Notes: generated by a model from the sequence alone, not told the origin. DNA of 64,000 nucleotides from a virus (IMGVR_UViG_3300047994_000087:82742-146741), one strand, 5' to 3'. Shown: positions 39,101 through 51,555, counted from the stretch's first letter. Program-made: numbers and translations.

Positions 39101-42100
39101 GCGTTAGCTTGGTGCCGTTTAGCTTCAGTCCCCAAGCCTTCCATAGTGAGCAACACTTTCATAGCTCGCTCAATATGCTGGTCTGCTTCCATCGCCAGCC
39201 GCATCCTGATCTCTTCTGGTGAGTATGCTGGGGCTATTTTCTGTTCTGTCATTTTTCGTCCTCTACCTTATGGAACCCAACCGTTCCTTCCTTCTGTCTA
39301 CGGTAAAACTCTTCTCGATAGGGCTCCAAAAACTTGGGCACATATCCGAATCCCCGCAAGTACCACCCAACCAGACCGATCAATGCATCTTCTCCAACTG
39401 GCTTCAGTATGTCGTCGACTTCCTAGTCATTCGCTGTCATAATGCACCGTCTGCGAGTAATAGACGCGCTTGTCGTCGTTGTTCCAGTCTTGTTGCAGGC
39501 ACTGTCTCAGTCGTTCATACAGTCCTTTACGTTCCGACTCAATCTCCCCAGTCCTTGGTAGATAGATCACGAACTTGTCGTAATCCTCATCACTTATTGG
39601 GGTGTCGCCAGACTTGACACGAATAGGTGAGCCTATGTTCTCTTTGCCGAAATAGACTTTCATCTCCAGTGCATCTCCATGTATAAGGTCGCCCTTGCCA
39701 TTCGTTCGACGGCCTCAAGTCTCTGGTGCACCTGGAAGAACTCCAGGCCTGTAACAATCGTGCCGATACTCAACAGCATCATCACAAAGAACACACCCTT
39801 ATCGTGCTTAGTGTCCATCATTCTTCTTTCGCCTCAGCATTGTCCTCTGGGTACAAACCAGCGGAGTAAGCAAACGACACAGCCCTAATCAAATAATCCA
39901 GGTCCTGGTCGTTAAACAATATTGCCCGCTTCATGCGGTCTGGGTCTTGTCGTAAGTCCTGCTCGTCTTGCAACAGGTCTGTCACATCTTTCATTGATTT
40001 TCCTCTTCTTCCTTGATTTCCGACTTAAGCAAGCTCTGTGTCAATTCCCGTGATGCATCTTCAAAGCCAGGACCGTCGCTGCCCCACTCCTCAATCATGT
40101 GTTGTTCTGCCAGCTTGAATAATTCGGGCATACGCCGCACTAATTGACCAAGCTCTGTCTCAGCTGCGGACTTTCGCCACTGAATCAACTCAGCAGACAA
40201 GGGACTAACCGCCCAATCTTCTGACAGCTCCAGGACCTTCTGTTTGGCCTCTCGCAGCTCTTCTTCCATCTTACCGACCTGCTCAACAAGATCGCTGCCA
40301 GTCACAACCACAGCGCCACCAGCGGACAAGTCATGGCTGGCCGTCTTCCAATAAACCGAGTGCTGTTCTAGTTGATCAATGATTGCCTCAAGCCTTCGCA
40401 CGGTCTTGATCAATAAACTCTGCGCGTTCGGGTCACCTTGGGCATGGCAATGTGCCAATCCAACAATCGCGTTTATTAAATCGCTTGTCAGTTCACTCAT
40501 GGACCACTCACCGTATAAGCCTGCTTCAGCCACTTCAAGTACTTAGTCAACTGCAACGCTTCCTCATGTCCTGGACCTACGAACTCTTTGATCGTCCCTG
40601 AGTCTGGGTCAAAGCAGTAACCGACTGACAGCTCAAGCTCCAACCGTTCCGCGCATTCAATTGCTTGGTCTATGGTAAATATGTCGTCGCTCATTACTTA
40701 TTCTCCAATGCAGCCTCTATCGCTGCTTCCGGTAACCATCTAGGGTCTCCAGTGATTGATATTGGATCATCGTACAAGCGCTTTAACTCTACTTCCCAAA
40801 CAGGAGATCCGTATCGAGGAAAGTGAACGGTCAGACCGACACTGTACGGGTCTGGTTCCTCTATGTCATTGTCTAAAAGGGCAGGCATCCTGCGGACCAA
40901 CTCTCCAAGCTTCTCATTCTTTAAGGTCATCTCAGGATTACACGTGTGCTCGTCGACCTGATAGGCCTCACACAGAGGGCACGCAGAGGCCATTTCAACT
41001 CGTTCTCTCAATTGCTTATTTTCAATCTGGAGTCTGTGCTCAATGCGCTGACATAGTTCGCGTATACGGAAAGACGCAGCCTTCCAATGGGCAGCCACTT
41101 TCCTGGCTTGCATAAGCTCAGCATTCTCTTTCTCAAGTTCAGTACACAGCGCATGGTATGCAGCATCACTAGCCATCAGTTGATCCGGTCGTGCTACGTC
41201 ATAACACGCTATTCCGCGCTCTGATGCAACAACCGCATTTATCAACGGTCTCCATTTATCACTGAGTGTCATCTATTAAAGTCCTAAGCTGGATGATTGT
41301 ATTGACTGTCTTGCAGCTCCGCCGCTTTCTTCACGTCTTCATGAATGAATGTGCTGCTTAAGTTCTCTATGTTGCTTCAGGATGTCGATCAGGTCATTGA
41401 CACCTGAAGGCAAAAGGAGTAATACGTATGTCCTTTGTTGGATGCCTGTTCTTATGCACAACCAACAACTCAAGCATGTACTCAATAGATAGTGTTTCTG
41501 CCACCGGTTCTTTCTCCTTCTCGAAGATCTCCCAAAACTTACTCATACGCTTGTCCACCTCGATTTATACTCAACACAGTGAGAGCACGAGAACCATGCG
41601 TAACCAACTTTACCCATACCACAGTTGGTAAATATTGCCTGCTTCCACTTGATGAAGACCCATTTATGCAGCCCTATGTCACATAACATTGTCACCACCC
41701 ACAATGCTGACACGAGTCACGCTCATGTATAGGATAGCCACACTTACATAGCTGTGCATCCGTTCTCTTCATCGCTGCTCTCGATATCACATGTACTCCA
41801 GGGACTTCTGGTCTCGTATCAGCCATTTCAACCAACTTGTTAGTGAGTTGTTTGATGTACTCAGCCTGTCCCTTTATGTGCCTTTCCATATCGTCAATTG
41901 CTTCTGCAAGCTCTCTAACCTTTGCCGGTATTACATAGATAGGGGCATGCGCATAGTCAGACATCTTGTAAGGCTGCCCAGACTTCTTAGATGCTTCCTT
42001 GATCTCAGTAAGTAATCGGTCAGTCTTCTTACTCATTCATTTGCTTCCAGGAACGTGCCGCCTGCAATGAGATCCTTACCCTTAATACTTTCTCCTGCCA

Positions 42101-44539
42101 GGAGGGCTGAGAACTCCTGATGCTTTCCAAACTCAGGCGCTGCTTCAGGAATGAGTACAAGCTCTGTGCCTTCCCATCCATACACAAACTTGCCTTCCAG
42201 GCCTTTGCCCTTCATGCAATTTGCATTCTCTAGGACATAGAGCAAGTTAGGCATAGTGATCTCAAACTCAAAGCCGCGAGGGTCATACACACGTGAGTAA
42301 GTCTGTCTGGCATCCCATCCTCTGCAACCACCGCCTGCCATCTTATTGAGCACGAATCCTTCAGTAGGCACATTGTCATATTCAGTGTTATCTATCTTCT
42401 CATCACGCCAACTCTGCCACGACTTCTCTTTACGGAGCACGCCCTTAGCGTCGTAGTAGATGACGTATGCAAGTTTGCCTGTATAAGTACCCTTGCGGTC
42501 CTGGTAGCCTACGTTGATCCGCTTGGGTATGTATATTGTGCTGTTCATCCGTTCCAATTCTCCTTGCCATACACACGCATCTTGTACAGATCGTCTCGAC
42601 TCATTTCTATAACCTCTTTGGCATTATTAGTCTTCTTCCAACCACACCCCCAACCATCCTCTTCCCACAAGCAGTCGAAGCATTTACGGCGCGGTGGAAA
42701 CGCCCCTCCCATATTCAGGGGTGTGTACTCACACTCTGCCACTTTGGTGTGCTTGCACTTCCTCTGTGTCTCAGCAATGAGTTCTGACTGTTCTTTGATG
42801 AGCTTATTTATTCTATCTTGCAGCCTGTAGATAGGGGGCTTGATTGTTTTGGTCATCCGTTCTCCCAGAGCTTGTCTGTTAAAGCTCTACTAGTCCGCTC
42901 GTGCTCCCGTTTTAACATGTCATATTCAGTGCACAAGGAAACAATCTCCGCCTCTAAATTACCTTTAGCGCGAATAGCATCGCCTACTGCTGCCCCATAT
43001 TCTGGCTTATTGACCAGCATCGACTTTATTTGATTAGCGGACACTAGATCATTAATGAGCTTGAGTATTTTCTCTGCCCTATTTACAGAATCTTCTTTCA
43101 TTCATCTATGTCCTCAAATGCTGCTTCGTAAGCATGCGCCCACGACTCCAGTTCTTCTAGCCGTTGCAATGGCACCCCTATCTTTGCCTCTTTAGGATAC
43201 TTAGGGTCTGCCGCATACGCCTCCAGCTCGTCATGTAATTTGAGCACGGCCATCGGAGTATTATAGTTGATGGCCTGCATGGCCTTCTCAGCCCTGGTCA
43301 AATACTCATACCTGTTCCTGGATATGAACTCGCCTATTGCACCACTGTTCTTACAGGGCTCACTCACCATCAGATAGATCCTGGCTTCCTTACAGATCTT
43401 GTCTGCCTCTTCTTCATTTGTCACAGCCCTAAAGCTGTTTTGCAAAGCAGTCGCACGGAAAGGGTTTCTGTGGTGCCACTTATCCGCATAGAATGAAGCC
43501 ACAAAGGCGCCGTCCATTACAAGTATCTTGTCGCCGTACTTGGTCTTCAATACTTTTCTCATTAGACCGACTCCGTGTCTGTGACTTTATAAGCTATACG
43601 CTTTGAAGCCTCTTCTATCTTCCCTTCACGCAGCAGACCCTCTAGCTCAAAGTACAACACCTCTGCGTCGTCCTCTGAAAGATCGTCGAAGCTTTCATCA
43701 TTGAGGTCAAATAGGTGTCTCTCATACGGAAGGCCAAATGCCTTAAGCAAAGTAATGGCAGTGTCTAGACACCCTATCTCACACAAATTTGTTGCTTCAT
43801 AGATCAAAACATGAACACCTTCACCACATTGGTGATACACACTGGTTAATTTGTACGGCGTTGTCAGCTCAATCATTACTGCAACCCCGGAAGTGCGTTG
43901 ATGTACTCCCACACGTGATCTGAACTGCCGGTCTCGGACTCGTGCAATGTGATGTTGACTATCTCTTGGAAGTAAATGTTCTCGTCGACACTGTCACTGC
44001 CCTGACATTCTTCAAGCTCTTCCAGCTCGCTCACCCACCCTGCAATCATGTCCCGTATTGCGTCATATCGCTCCGCTTTCTCAGCATCGCTCAAGTCTTC
44101 AGTAGGCCCGAACACCTGCGCATCACAGTCGAACTCTTCTTCATTTGTTGGTTCCATTTATCTGCTCTCCTTAGTACTTCACCCAGTAACCGTCCCTTGC
44201 AAGGATGTCCTCATTAAGACAAATGTCCGTGTTGCCCTTAAACAGCAACCGTCGACTCCCTATGTTAGCCACCTTCGGTAAGGTGCTTAAAAGAATGAAC
44301 ATCTCTCTTCCACAATCCAAGTAACCAGCTCCAGCGCCACTAATCATGTCCATCAACGGCCACTGTAGAGTCAGCTTATGCTCCAGATACGAAACATATT
44401 CCGGGGGCTCTCGCTTCCATTCAAAGAATGGCGTCTCGCTTTGTTGGGAGAAAAGCATGAAAGTCGCTTCGCACCACTCCTTCTGTTCCAGCTCTTCGAA
44501 CTGCTCAGTCAGAGAGTCTTTGTATTCTTCTGCACTCAT
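36193..44539 (-). other. Dense array of ~28 small hypothetical CDS, including conserved-family 42033-42557 (GKLAYVIYYD.KG.LRKE.SW; probably truncated)
   Basis: Packed minus-strand ORFs. Confidence 0.65.
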
Positions 44540-44565
44540 CTACTTACGTCCTCAGTTGTTTAAAA

Positions 44566-44812
44566 TTGCGGGATTCGCCACTATCGCAGGCGTGGCCCGG
44601 ACCATCTCTATCGGCTCGATTTTAGTGGTGCGCGTTCTGCAACGTTTACGCCGTATTGCGTTCAGGTCTCTCACCTGGCAGAGCCACTTTTATTTCACGA
44701 GCAGAGTTTGTAACGCCCACTCTCAATACGACTGATGTCAGACCTCCACTCGGTGGAGCTGGGTTCGGTATGTGCACGACCAGGGCCATCAACAGCCATT
44801 CTGACGTATCAT
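44566..44812 (-). ncRNA. Candidate multibranched structured ncRNA
   Basis: Helices GTCAGA/TCTGAC, CTCCAC/GTGGAG, GTCGTATTG/CAATACGGC, CAGGT-GAGAG-ACCTG, GCTCG/CGAGC, CCACTA/TAGTGG in a gap without a credible ORF. Confidence 0.55.
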
Positions 44813-44860
44813 ACGAATAGAACCAATCAAAAGATCGTTATTCATTCTTCCGTCAAATTT

Positions 44861-44952
44861 TTTGGTGTCTGTTGCTTTTTTAGAAAGCCTTCCCCCGTGT
44901 AGCAATGGATGGAAAGGCTGATTCGCAGGTAACTCACAACAGACACCAAACT
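44861..44952. repeat. Perfect 14-bp inverted repeat enclosing a bubble and an inner stem
   Basis: TTTGGTGTCTGTTG...CAACAGACACCAAA with inner AGCCTT/AAGGCT. Confidence 0.8.
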
Positions 44953-45217
44953 TCTATAATTGAGGCGCCTTCTTATCCCCGAAAAACGCCAGCAAGGGTC
45001 CGACTTGTCTAGTGATCAGCATCGACTTTACGGAGGGTGCTTTTTCGTCGCACACCAGGACACGCTAGAATTCTTATTGTTATACACATAGGTCTTCTAG
45101 GACCTTCTGCATTTTTTCGCCGTATAAAAGCAGGAATTGCAGCCTTCCTTCTGGGGTTTCACCTTAGTGGTTTGCTTTTCAGTCTACGTCACTTCAGGTT
45201 CATCATCCCCATACCAT

Positions 45218-48200
45218 TTACTTACTGAGTACAGCAGCCCCGCTTAGTTGTTTCGACAACTCCCAAGCTACCTCAGAACTCATAGTGATGTACTCACTTG
45301 TAGCTCCAGGAAGGGACTCGTAGTGACTTACTATGAAGGCAAGCTCTACTGTTCCTTTAGTGTGATCAACACTAACGCTTATGTGCCGGTTCTGGTTATC
45401 TCTAATCACTTTACTCATTATAGTCTGCGTTCCATATTGTCGGCCACTTCTGACCATGACTGAGCCCACCCACTTTGTCCTTTTATGTCTGATGCTTTAT
45501 ATGTGCAGAGTTCAATTTCTCTAGCTTGAACAGGAGTGATGTTGAGTAGTTTAGCCGCTTGAATATAGGCAGTGTTTCTGTATCCGTCAAATCCCAAACC
45601 ATTATTGGTTAATGCACACAGTGCACAGCCACCAAACCGGAAATCAATTGGGTCGAAGTGAGCCTGATTTCTTAATCTCATGAGCAAATGAGGAATCATG
45701 TTCATAGCATTTACTACGACATAAGAGGTGGGGTTGAACCCCATCTTCATGTTGCGTATTCTGTTAATCAGTTCCGCCTTCTTAGACGGGTCCATACCAG
45801 TATTAGTTGTTGCCACCTGCGGTTCAGCAGGTAGTGTGAGCTGTGTTTGTTTATCTACTATAGTTACGTCCATCTAGTTTCTCCTTAAAATGTTTTTTGT
45901 CATTGTGTGATCCCCGAAAGTGCTCTTAAACAATCTCTGTATTAACTATATGTGCGTCGTTGAGGGAGGACGAAAATTATGCAACCTCATCAGGTAGAGC
46001 AGGAAAGGCAATCTCTTTATCTTCACTGATCTTGTTACGCAGATCGATCAAGGCAAGAGTTGTTTTAACCAATCTATTCTCTGTCTCAGCAGCAGACTCA
46101 CGCGCTGCATGATTGAGTGTGGGATCAACAGCTAGTTCGGTAAGCAAGTCGCTCGCCTTAACTAGATGCTCGTCAATCAGCCTCACTGTCTGTGTTCGAT
46201 GTCGTGTCGTCATTCACTCCTCCCTGCCCTTCAAGTATGTGGGCTAATAACGACTCTACTGTTTCCAGTCGCTCATGTAAGGAAAGGGTGGCATTCTGCA
46301 TGTCGTCGCTTTTGTCAAACAGCGCATCCACATTACGGATGCTCATGACCTTGAAGTTTTTCAGTTCTGCAATTTGATCTGCGAACGTATCGAGCAACTC
46401 TTTAAGGCTATCTAAGCCCTCATCAGATACTCCCATGCCACGACGGATAACATTGATCAGAGCTTGATTCCTGCCCATTCTCGGCTGAGAACTGATCCAA
46501 CCAAGAATCTCTTTGTCGTGACATCTAATTCTTATTTCTGGTGGTCTTTTAGCAGCCATGCTTATCCCCACAATATCCGCCATTACGTTAACTCTTGGTA
46601 TATCTCTACTAAGGTCTACTCAACCTATCCTCAACAACACACTGAGGAGCATGATCTAACCACTTCTCTTCTTTCAGCACAGGCATTATCCCAGTAGGGA
46701 CACACTTATTTAGCTCACTCTGCATTGCCATTCGACCATACGCCATAACATCACTGACGCCCTTCCCCTCAGGCAGCTCAAACCTTATCCTGTGATATCT
46801 TGGATGTCCGCCCTCTTGAAGCAATGGGCTCTCGACCATCATGTACACAGTTCTGTTATCCACATAGACTTCAAGCACGTAGGGCATGTAGCCTAACATT
46901 TCTTCTTTAGGCATCTTCTCTCTCTCTCTCTCTCTCCTTGAACACATAACTCCATTCACCCTGCGATACCATCAAGTGACCACTGTCATCTCTACTGAAT
47001 ATAACAGGCAAATCCCGTTTGGTTATACGCAACACTGTCTCTGTTATGTCCCTTCTTACTAGGGGTGTGTCATCCTCAAACACGTAAAGCCACAGAGCTT
47101 TCCTTAACGTATTGACCTGCTCTTCTGTGAGGCAATATTCCTCTAACTCCCTTTCAAGTCTTACCCTCTTCAGCCCACCATTGCCATCACTGTATACAGG
47201 TACAATCACGTGAACACCATCAGGATCAGCGTTGCCTAACAGCTCTCCATACCTTTTAAGTGCGCTGTGTATTTGATCTGGTCCCAGATTGGCAGGGAAC
47301 TGCACTTCATAGATCTTCGGGGATGATCCCTCATCTTCCAGTACTTTGACGCGCTCCTGAAGCTCCAGGAACTGTCCTATGAGCTTTGCCATACCCTCAT
47401 TGGATATTAGCCTTGAGTTGTACTCGTTCTTAGGGAAGAAGGGGTTAAGCACCTCGTACTTATCAATCGTCTTAGGGTCTAATAGTCTTTCATCGCTATT
47501 CATTAGTATTCCCTCAAGGCTTTCTTCAGTGCAGGCAGTAGTTGGTTGGAGTTAGGAGTGAAGTCCTCCGATGTGTGTATCTCTGCTGTGACAGTGATGT
47601 CCCTGCTTCCATGTTTATATCGGTTGATGTTCACGAAATGATTCTCATTGAACAGTCTGATCACTCGCGTTCCTACCTCAACAGCCTCTTTGTTGGTACT
47701 TGTCTCTTTGAGCTTTACTTCCAATAGACCTAGAGCTTTAGTCAACTCAGCAGGCGTTCCCAGCTTTCTGTACTCCATTAAGTCATTAATGTCTTTACTG
47801 CCTACTGGAGTCAGTCTGTCGAAGTCTAATTTAATACATTCATCACTCATTTCAGTTCTGCATCCTTTGTTTGTTCGGGCGCACTGTCACAGCTGAACGT
47901 CATATCTAGTTTCAGCGGCTCACTGCCCCATTTGTCTTCTATAGCCTTCGGATAAACACCAAACAGTCGGAATGTTCTACCACCGACCGTATCAATCTCC
48001 AGGTCAGTCTTCCCTGGAGCAGTCTTTGAAGGCATCACACGGATCTCCTTCCAGCGGACTTCAACCATTGCCATAACCATCCGAGTTATCAGTTACTTCT
48101 CCCATAGGGTAGAAGGCAGACATATCAACCGACTGATTCGTTTGTTGTTCAAGATTCACGTACCATGGATAAAATATTCCATCAGGAGGATATACCCAGT

Positions 48201-48861
48201 CTTTAACGTCTACACTGCCAACTTCTATGCGCGTATCCACGGGAACCATCTGATCACCGTCATGTATATAGACTGTCTGATCAATGATCTTATCCATCTG
48301 AGTACTTAGTGGATTGTTCTTCTCTTCTTCCATCAGCTCTTTAACTCTCTTATTTAACCATTCACGAATGTAAGTAGGTTGTATCTCCAACAGTTGTTCA
48401 AGAGTCACTGATTTCATGCTGTACCATTCTTCGACTTCATCACTCATTGCTTGCCTTCCTCGCATCTTCTAATGACTTCAACAGATTCTCAGCAAACACT
48501 GTGGTTGCACTTTTACAGATCCTGTCCTTGTGTTGTCCTATATGCAGGTGCAGTAGATTGTGCAAAAGAGTTCGCTCTTCCTCGTCCAACTCAAGATGAG
48601 TAGTTATTTCAGTAGGTCCTCTATCCATTACCTGTCCTCCAAAGCTTTACACAACAATCATTAGTCTCTGTCCTCAAGAACCTTGTCTAGATCAACATAA
48701 AACTTGTCTGCAAATCGATCTGTGTTGCTATACTCCCTGCCCATCTTATGTTCTCCAACAATCTCTTGAAGCATCCGCACCTCAGATACTGCCAAAGAGA
48801 AATGAACCAACTGCTCAGGTGTTTTTGTTTGTTCGGACATAGTTGACTGCGCCTCCCGCAT
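45218..48861 (-). other. Cluster of ~11 hypothetical CDS (46173-46583 possibly ribbon-helix-helix plus coiled coil)
   Basis: Packed ORFs. Confidence 0.6.
46917..46936. repeat. (GA)10 microsatellite on the minus strand
   Basis: Directly visible; encodes EREREREDA at the end of 46907-47503. Confidence 0.95.
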
Positions 48862-48965
48862 TAACTCTGCATATGTCCATCATGGGACAGGAGGTCAGTC
48901 AGTGGCGAAAATATCTAATAAGCAACCAATTGAACTAGATAAGCAGATGCATACTGCTCACCCTT

Positions 48966-49320
48966 TTAGTAGGCGTAGAAGTTAAGTGTCCAGTCGGCCA
49001 CCGTGATCGCTGCTGATGTACCGGTTGATTTGTTGTTCACCTGAATCGTCGAGGCGCCCGTGATGACACTGAAGGTAGTGCCGCCATTATTCAGGCAGAA
49101 TGTGATTGACGCCGTGCCGCCACTGTTGCCGATGTTTGGCAAACCATAAATAATGTCGCCAACAGAATAACCATCATTGGCCGTTGTGCAGGTCAATGTG
49201 TACCAGAAATGCTGCGGCTGGAATCCAAGGCCGTGGGTGAATGGGCCGAAGACCGTAACGTTAGCCCATGTTGTGTTGGAAGATTTAAACACGCCCGGCG
49301 CGGTCACTGTCAGGGGCCGT
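48966..49320 (-). pseudogene. Orphan tail-fibre C-terminal domain fragment
   Basis: THGLG.QP...LTCTTANDGYSVGD motif; the annotated start lies inside a tRNA-like sequence, so no credible start. Confidence 0.55.
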
Positions 49321-49350
49321 CGCGGCTCAGAAAATACTTCTACAACATAA

Positions 49351-49421
49351 CACCCCGCGCGTGGATCGAACACGCATAAACTGGTTTAGAATCAGCCGCG
49401 CTACCACTGCGCCAATCTGCG
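49351..49421 (-). tRNA. Degenerate tRNA with CTA (amber) anticodon
   Basis: Good D arm (GCGC-AGTGGTA-GCGC) and T arm (GCGTG-TTCGATC-CACGC), loop TTCTAAA; acceptor stem unpaired, no CCA. Confidence 0.6.
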
Positions 49422-49426
49422 ATATT

Positions 49427-49490
49427 TGGTGGACCAGGCTGGATTCTAACCAGCGATCTATTTCAGCTTTGAGCACTAAGCTACCGGTCC
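49427..49490 (-). ncRNA. tRNA-like RNA lacking the anticodon arm
   Basis: GGACCGG/CTGGTCC-ACCA acceptor, D arm GCTT/AAGC, T arm GCTGG/CCAGC, only ~11 nt between D and T arms. Confidence 0.7.
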
Positions 49491-49602
49491 AAATGGCAGA
49501 GTGTTTATCTCTTAAACTGACTCCCTCTAAAACATCACTGCTTATCGAGCGGGCCCACTCCATGCGGTTAATTTAGCGCATCCAGAGCGGCAATAAAAAA
49601 AA

Positions 49603-51525
49603 TTACCAAACCGACACTGGGAATGACGAAGGCGTTATATTTGCCGAGCCGCTAGAACCAGCCGTGGCCGGTTGAGTTGAAGAGCCAGTGCCAACAGATC
49701 CACCGGTGACGACTGTCGTGACTGTGCTTGTGCTAGCGCAAACGCCGTCAATTATTCCGCCGCCACCACCAGCTCCCTCGCCGCCAGTTGTGCTAAATCC
49801 ATTGCCACCATTGCCGCCGGTGGCCGTCCACGTACCGGCCAAGGTGCTGCCACCTCTAACGAGAATAATCCCAGCACCACCGCCGCCGCCGCCGCCGCCA
49901 TTGGTTGTCGCATTTCCGCCCGCGCCACCATTAGCGGTGATCGTGGCGTTAATTGCTCCGGTTGCCTCAAGATAGAAGCCGCCACCGCCAGCACCACCGG
50001 CGCCGCCAACACCAGAAGCACTTGTCACGCCGCCGCCTGATCCTGACGAACCTGAGAACTGATCGCCCCATGTATAGGCTTGACCGCCATAGCTCTTTTG
50101 ATTGGCAGTAGACGATCCGCCGTTACCGCCAGCGCCACCAGATCCGCCGCCAGCACCACCAACGACGCTCGATCCTGTGCCGGCCCAACCGACTTCCCCT
50201 GCACCAATACCAGCGCCATTCTGAGGCGGCTGAGTAGTCAGGGTTGTCGCTCCGAAGCCTCCTGCGAGATTCGTGGAGACGACAACGCCAGATCCGGCAA
50301 TAGCTGTAAAGGTTCCGTTGCAATAAATGCGCGTATTTGAAGTTGCCGTCAACGTACCTGTAGAAGTGTAATTGCCAAAATGATAATAAGTGCCCGAGAT
50401 CGCGCCCGATGCCGGTAGTTGACGACCGTTGGCCAAAATACCGGCTGACTTTAGAGCCGCTAAACCGATCATTGTTTGGACTTGAGCGGCCGTTAGATCT
50501 GTCGGGCTAGCCGTTGATCCGCTGACGTTGCCCTTGATCGTGTTGTTCGCCATGGTGGCAAGGTTTGAGTTTGCGACTGTTGCTGAGGCAAGCTGCCCTC
50601 CGGTAATCCCAGCCGTTGCCGAAATCTGCGATGTAGTTATTGTAGCGCTAGCAAGCTGAGAGCCGGTTATACCGGCAGTTGCTGATATCTGCGATGTAGT
50701 TATTGTGGCACTAACAATATTGGCCGCCGCAACAACATTAGAGCCAAGAGTTGTAACCCCCCCCGCGCTCATTGTTATCGCGCCGCTTAGGCTAGACCAA
50801 GCCAAAAGACCGTTTGTCCCACTTTGCCCAATTGCTATTTGCCCGGAGGTCGGCGTGACATAAGGCCAAGTGACCAAAGCCCCAGCTGTTCCGCCCGCTG
50901 GCACTGAGAAGAAAAGGCTTCCCGATACTGCTCCGTTCAAACAGAGAGCGCCACCACCGGTTGATGGACTTGCAACAGTCGCTAAAATTTGCGCCGAGCC
51001 TAATATGCTCGTCGAATTACCACCACCTTGCATCCCGATAGGTGATAGGAGTACACTTGTTGTAGCATTGAAAATGGCCGCCATCTGGCCTTTGTTGGCT
51101 GTGTCCCCCAAGTTTGCCGATGAGCCAGAGTTGGTATAAACAGCGAGACTATATTGAGCCCCAGTTGCAATTGTTGAGGCAATAGTAATTGAGCCGTTGC
51201 CATTCGTAATGTTGATACCTGTTCCGGATGTGATTGTGGCCAGATTGTAAGTACCGCTTGACGTATTACCGATCAGCACTTGGCCGTCGCTCGGGGTAGT
51301 AGCTAATCCCGTGCCACCATTGCCTAAAGGCAGTGTGCCAGTGATAACACTGGACCCCCCCGCAAGACTCAGTGCCCCAAACGCAGGCGTTCCTGTTCCA
51401 GACGTTCCACTAAGCAACGGAATACCAGCACTACTAGCGGCGGCAATGACTGTGGAGTTAGGTAACTCTCCGTAAGGACTAGTGCCATTGAATAACAGAT
51501 AGTTTGCTTCAAGAACGGCTGACAT
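49603..51525 (-). CDS. Glycine-rich tail fibre/spike protein
   Basis: GTLPLGNGGTG, duplicated ATITTSQISATAGITG.QLAS, long polyglycine C-terminus. Confidence 0.8.
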   Translation of the reverse strand: MSAVLEANYLLFNGTSPYGELPNSTVIAAASSAGIPLLSGTSGTGTPAFGALSLAGGSSVITGTLPLGNGGTGLATTPSDGQVLIGNTSSGTYNLATITSGTGINITNGNGSITIASTIATGAQYSLAVYTNSGSSANLGDTANKGQMAAIFNATTSVLLSPIGMQGGGNSTSILGSAQILATVASPSTGGGALCLNGAVSGSLFFSVPAGGTAGALVTWPYVTPTSGQIAIGQSGTNGLLAWSSLSGAITMSAGGVTTLGSNVVAAANIVSATITTSQISATAGITGSQLASATITTSQISATAGITGGQLASATVANSNLATMANNTIKGNVSGSTASPTDLTAAQVQTMIGLAALKSAGILANGRQLPASGAISGTYYHFGNYTSTGTLTATSNTRIYCNGTFTAIAGSGVVVSTNLAGGFGATTLTTQPPQNGAGIGAGEVGWAGTGSSVVGGAGGGSGGAGGNGGSSTANQKSYGGQAYTWGDQFSGSSGSGGGVTSASGVGGAGGAGGGGFYLEATGAINATITANGGAGGNATTNGGGGGGGGAGIILVRGGSTLAGTWTATGGNGGNGFSTTGGEGAGGGGGIIDGVCASTSTVTTVVTGGSVGTGSSTQPATAGSSGSANITPSSFPVSVW

Positions 51526-51555
51526 GGATCACCAATACCCCTTTCCGATCCAGGC

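Noticed and set aside
41273-41547. Further frameshifted gene with short CCTT/CATT duplications
   Set aside because: It needs two separate corrections and the restored product has no recognisable motif.
45140-45185. c-di-GMP-I riboswitch suggested by GCAAACC..GAAA
   Set aside because: The GACGCAAAG element and second stem are absent.
49494-49530. Third CCA-ending minihelix next to the armless tRNA
   Set aside because: Only about 4 acceptor pairs and a weak T-like stem; could be chance.
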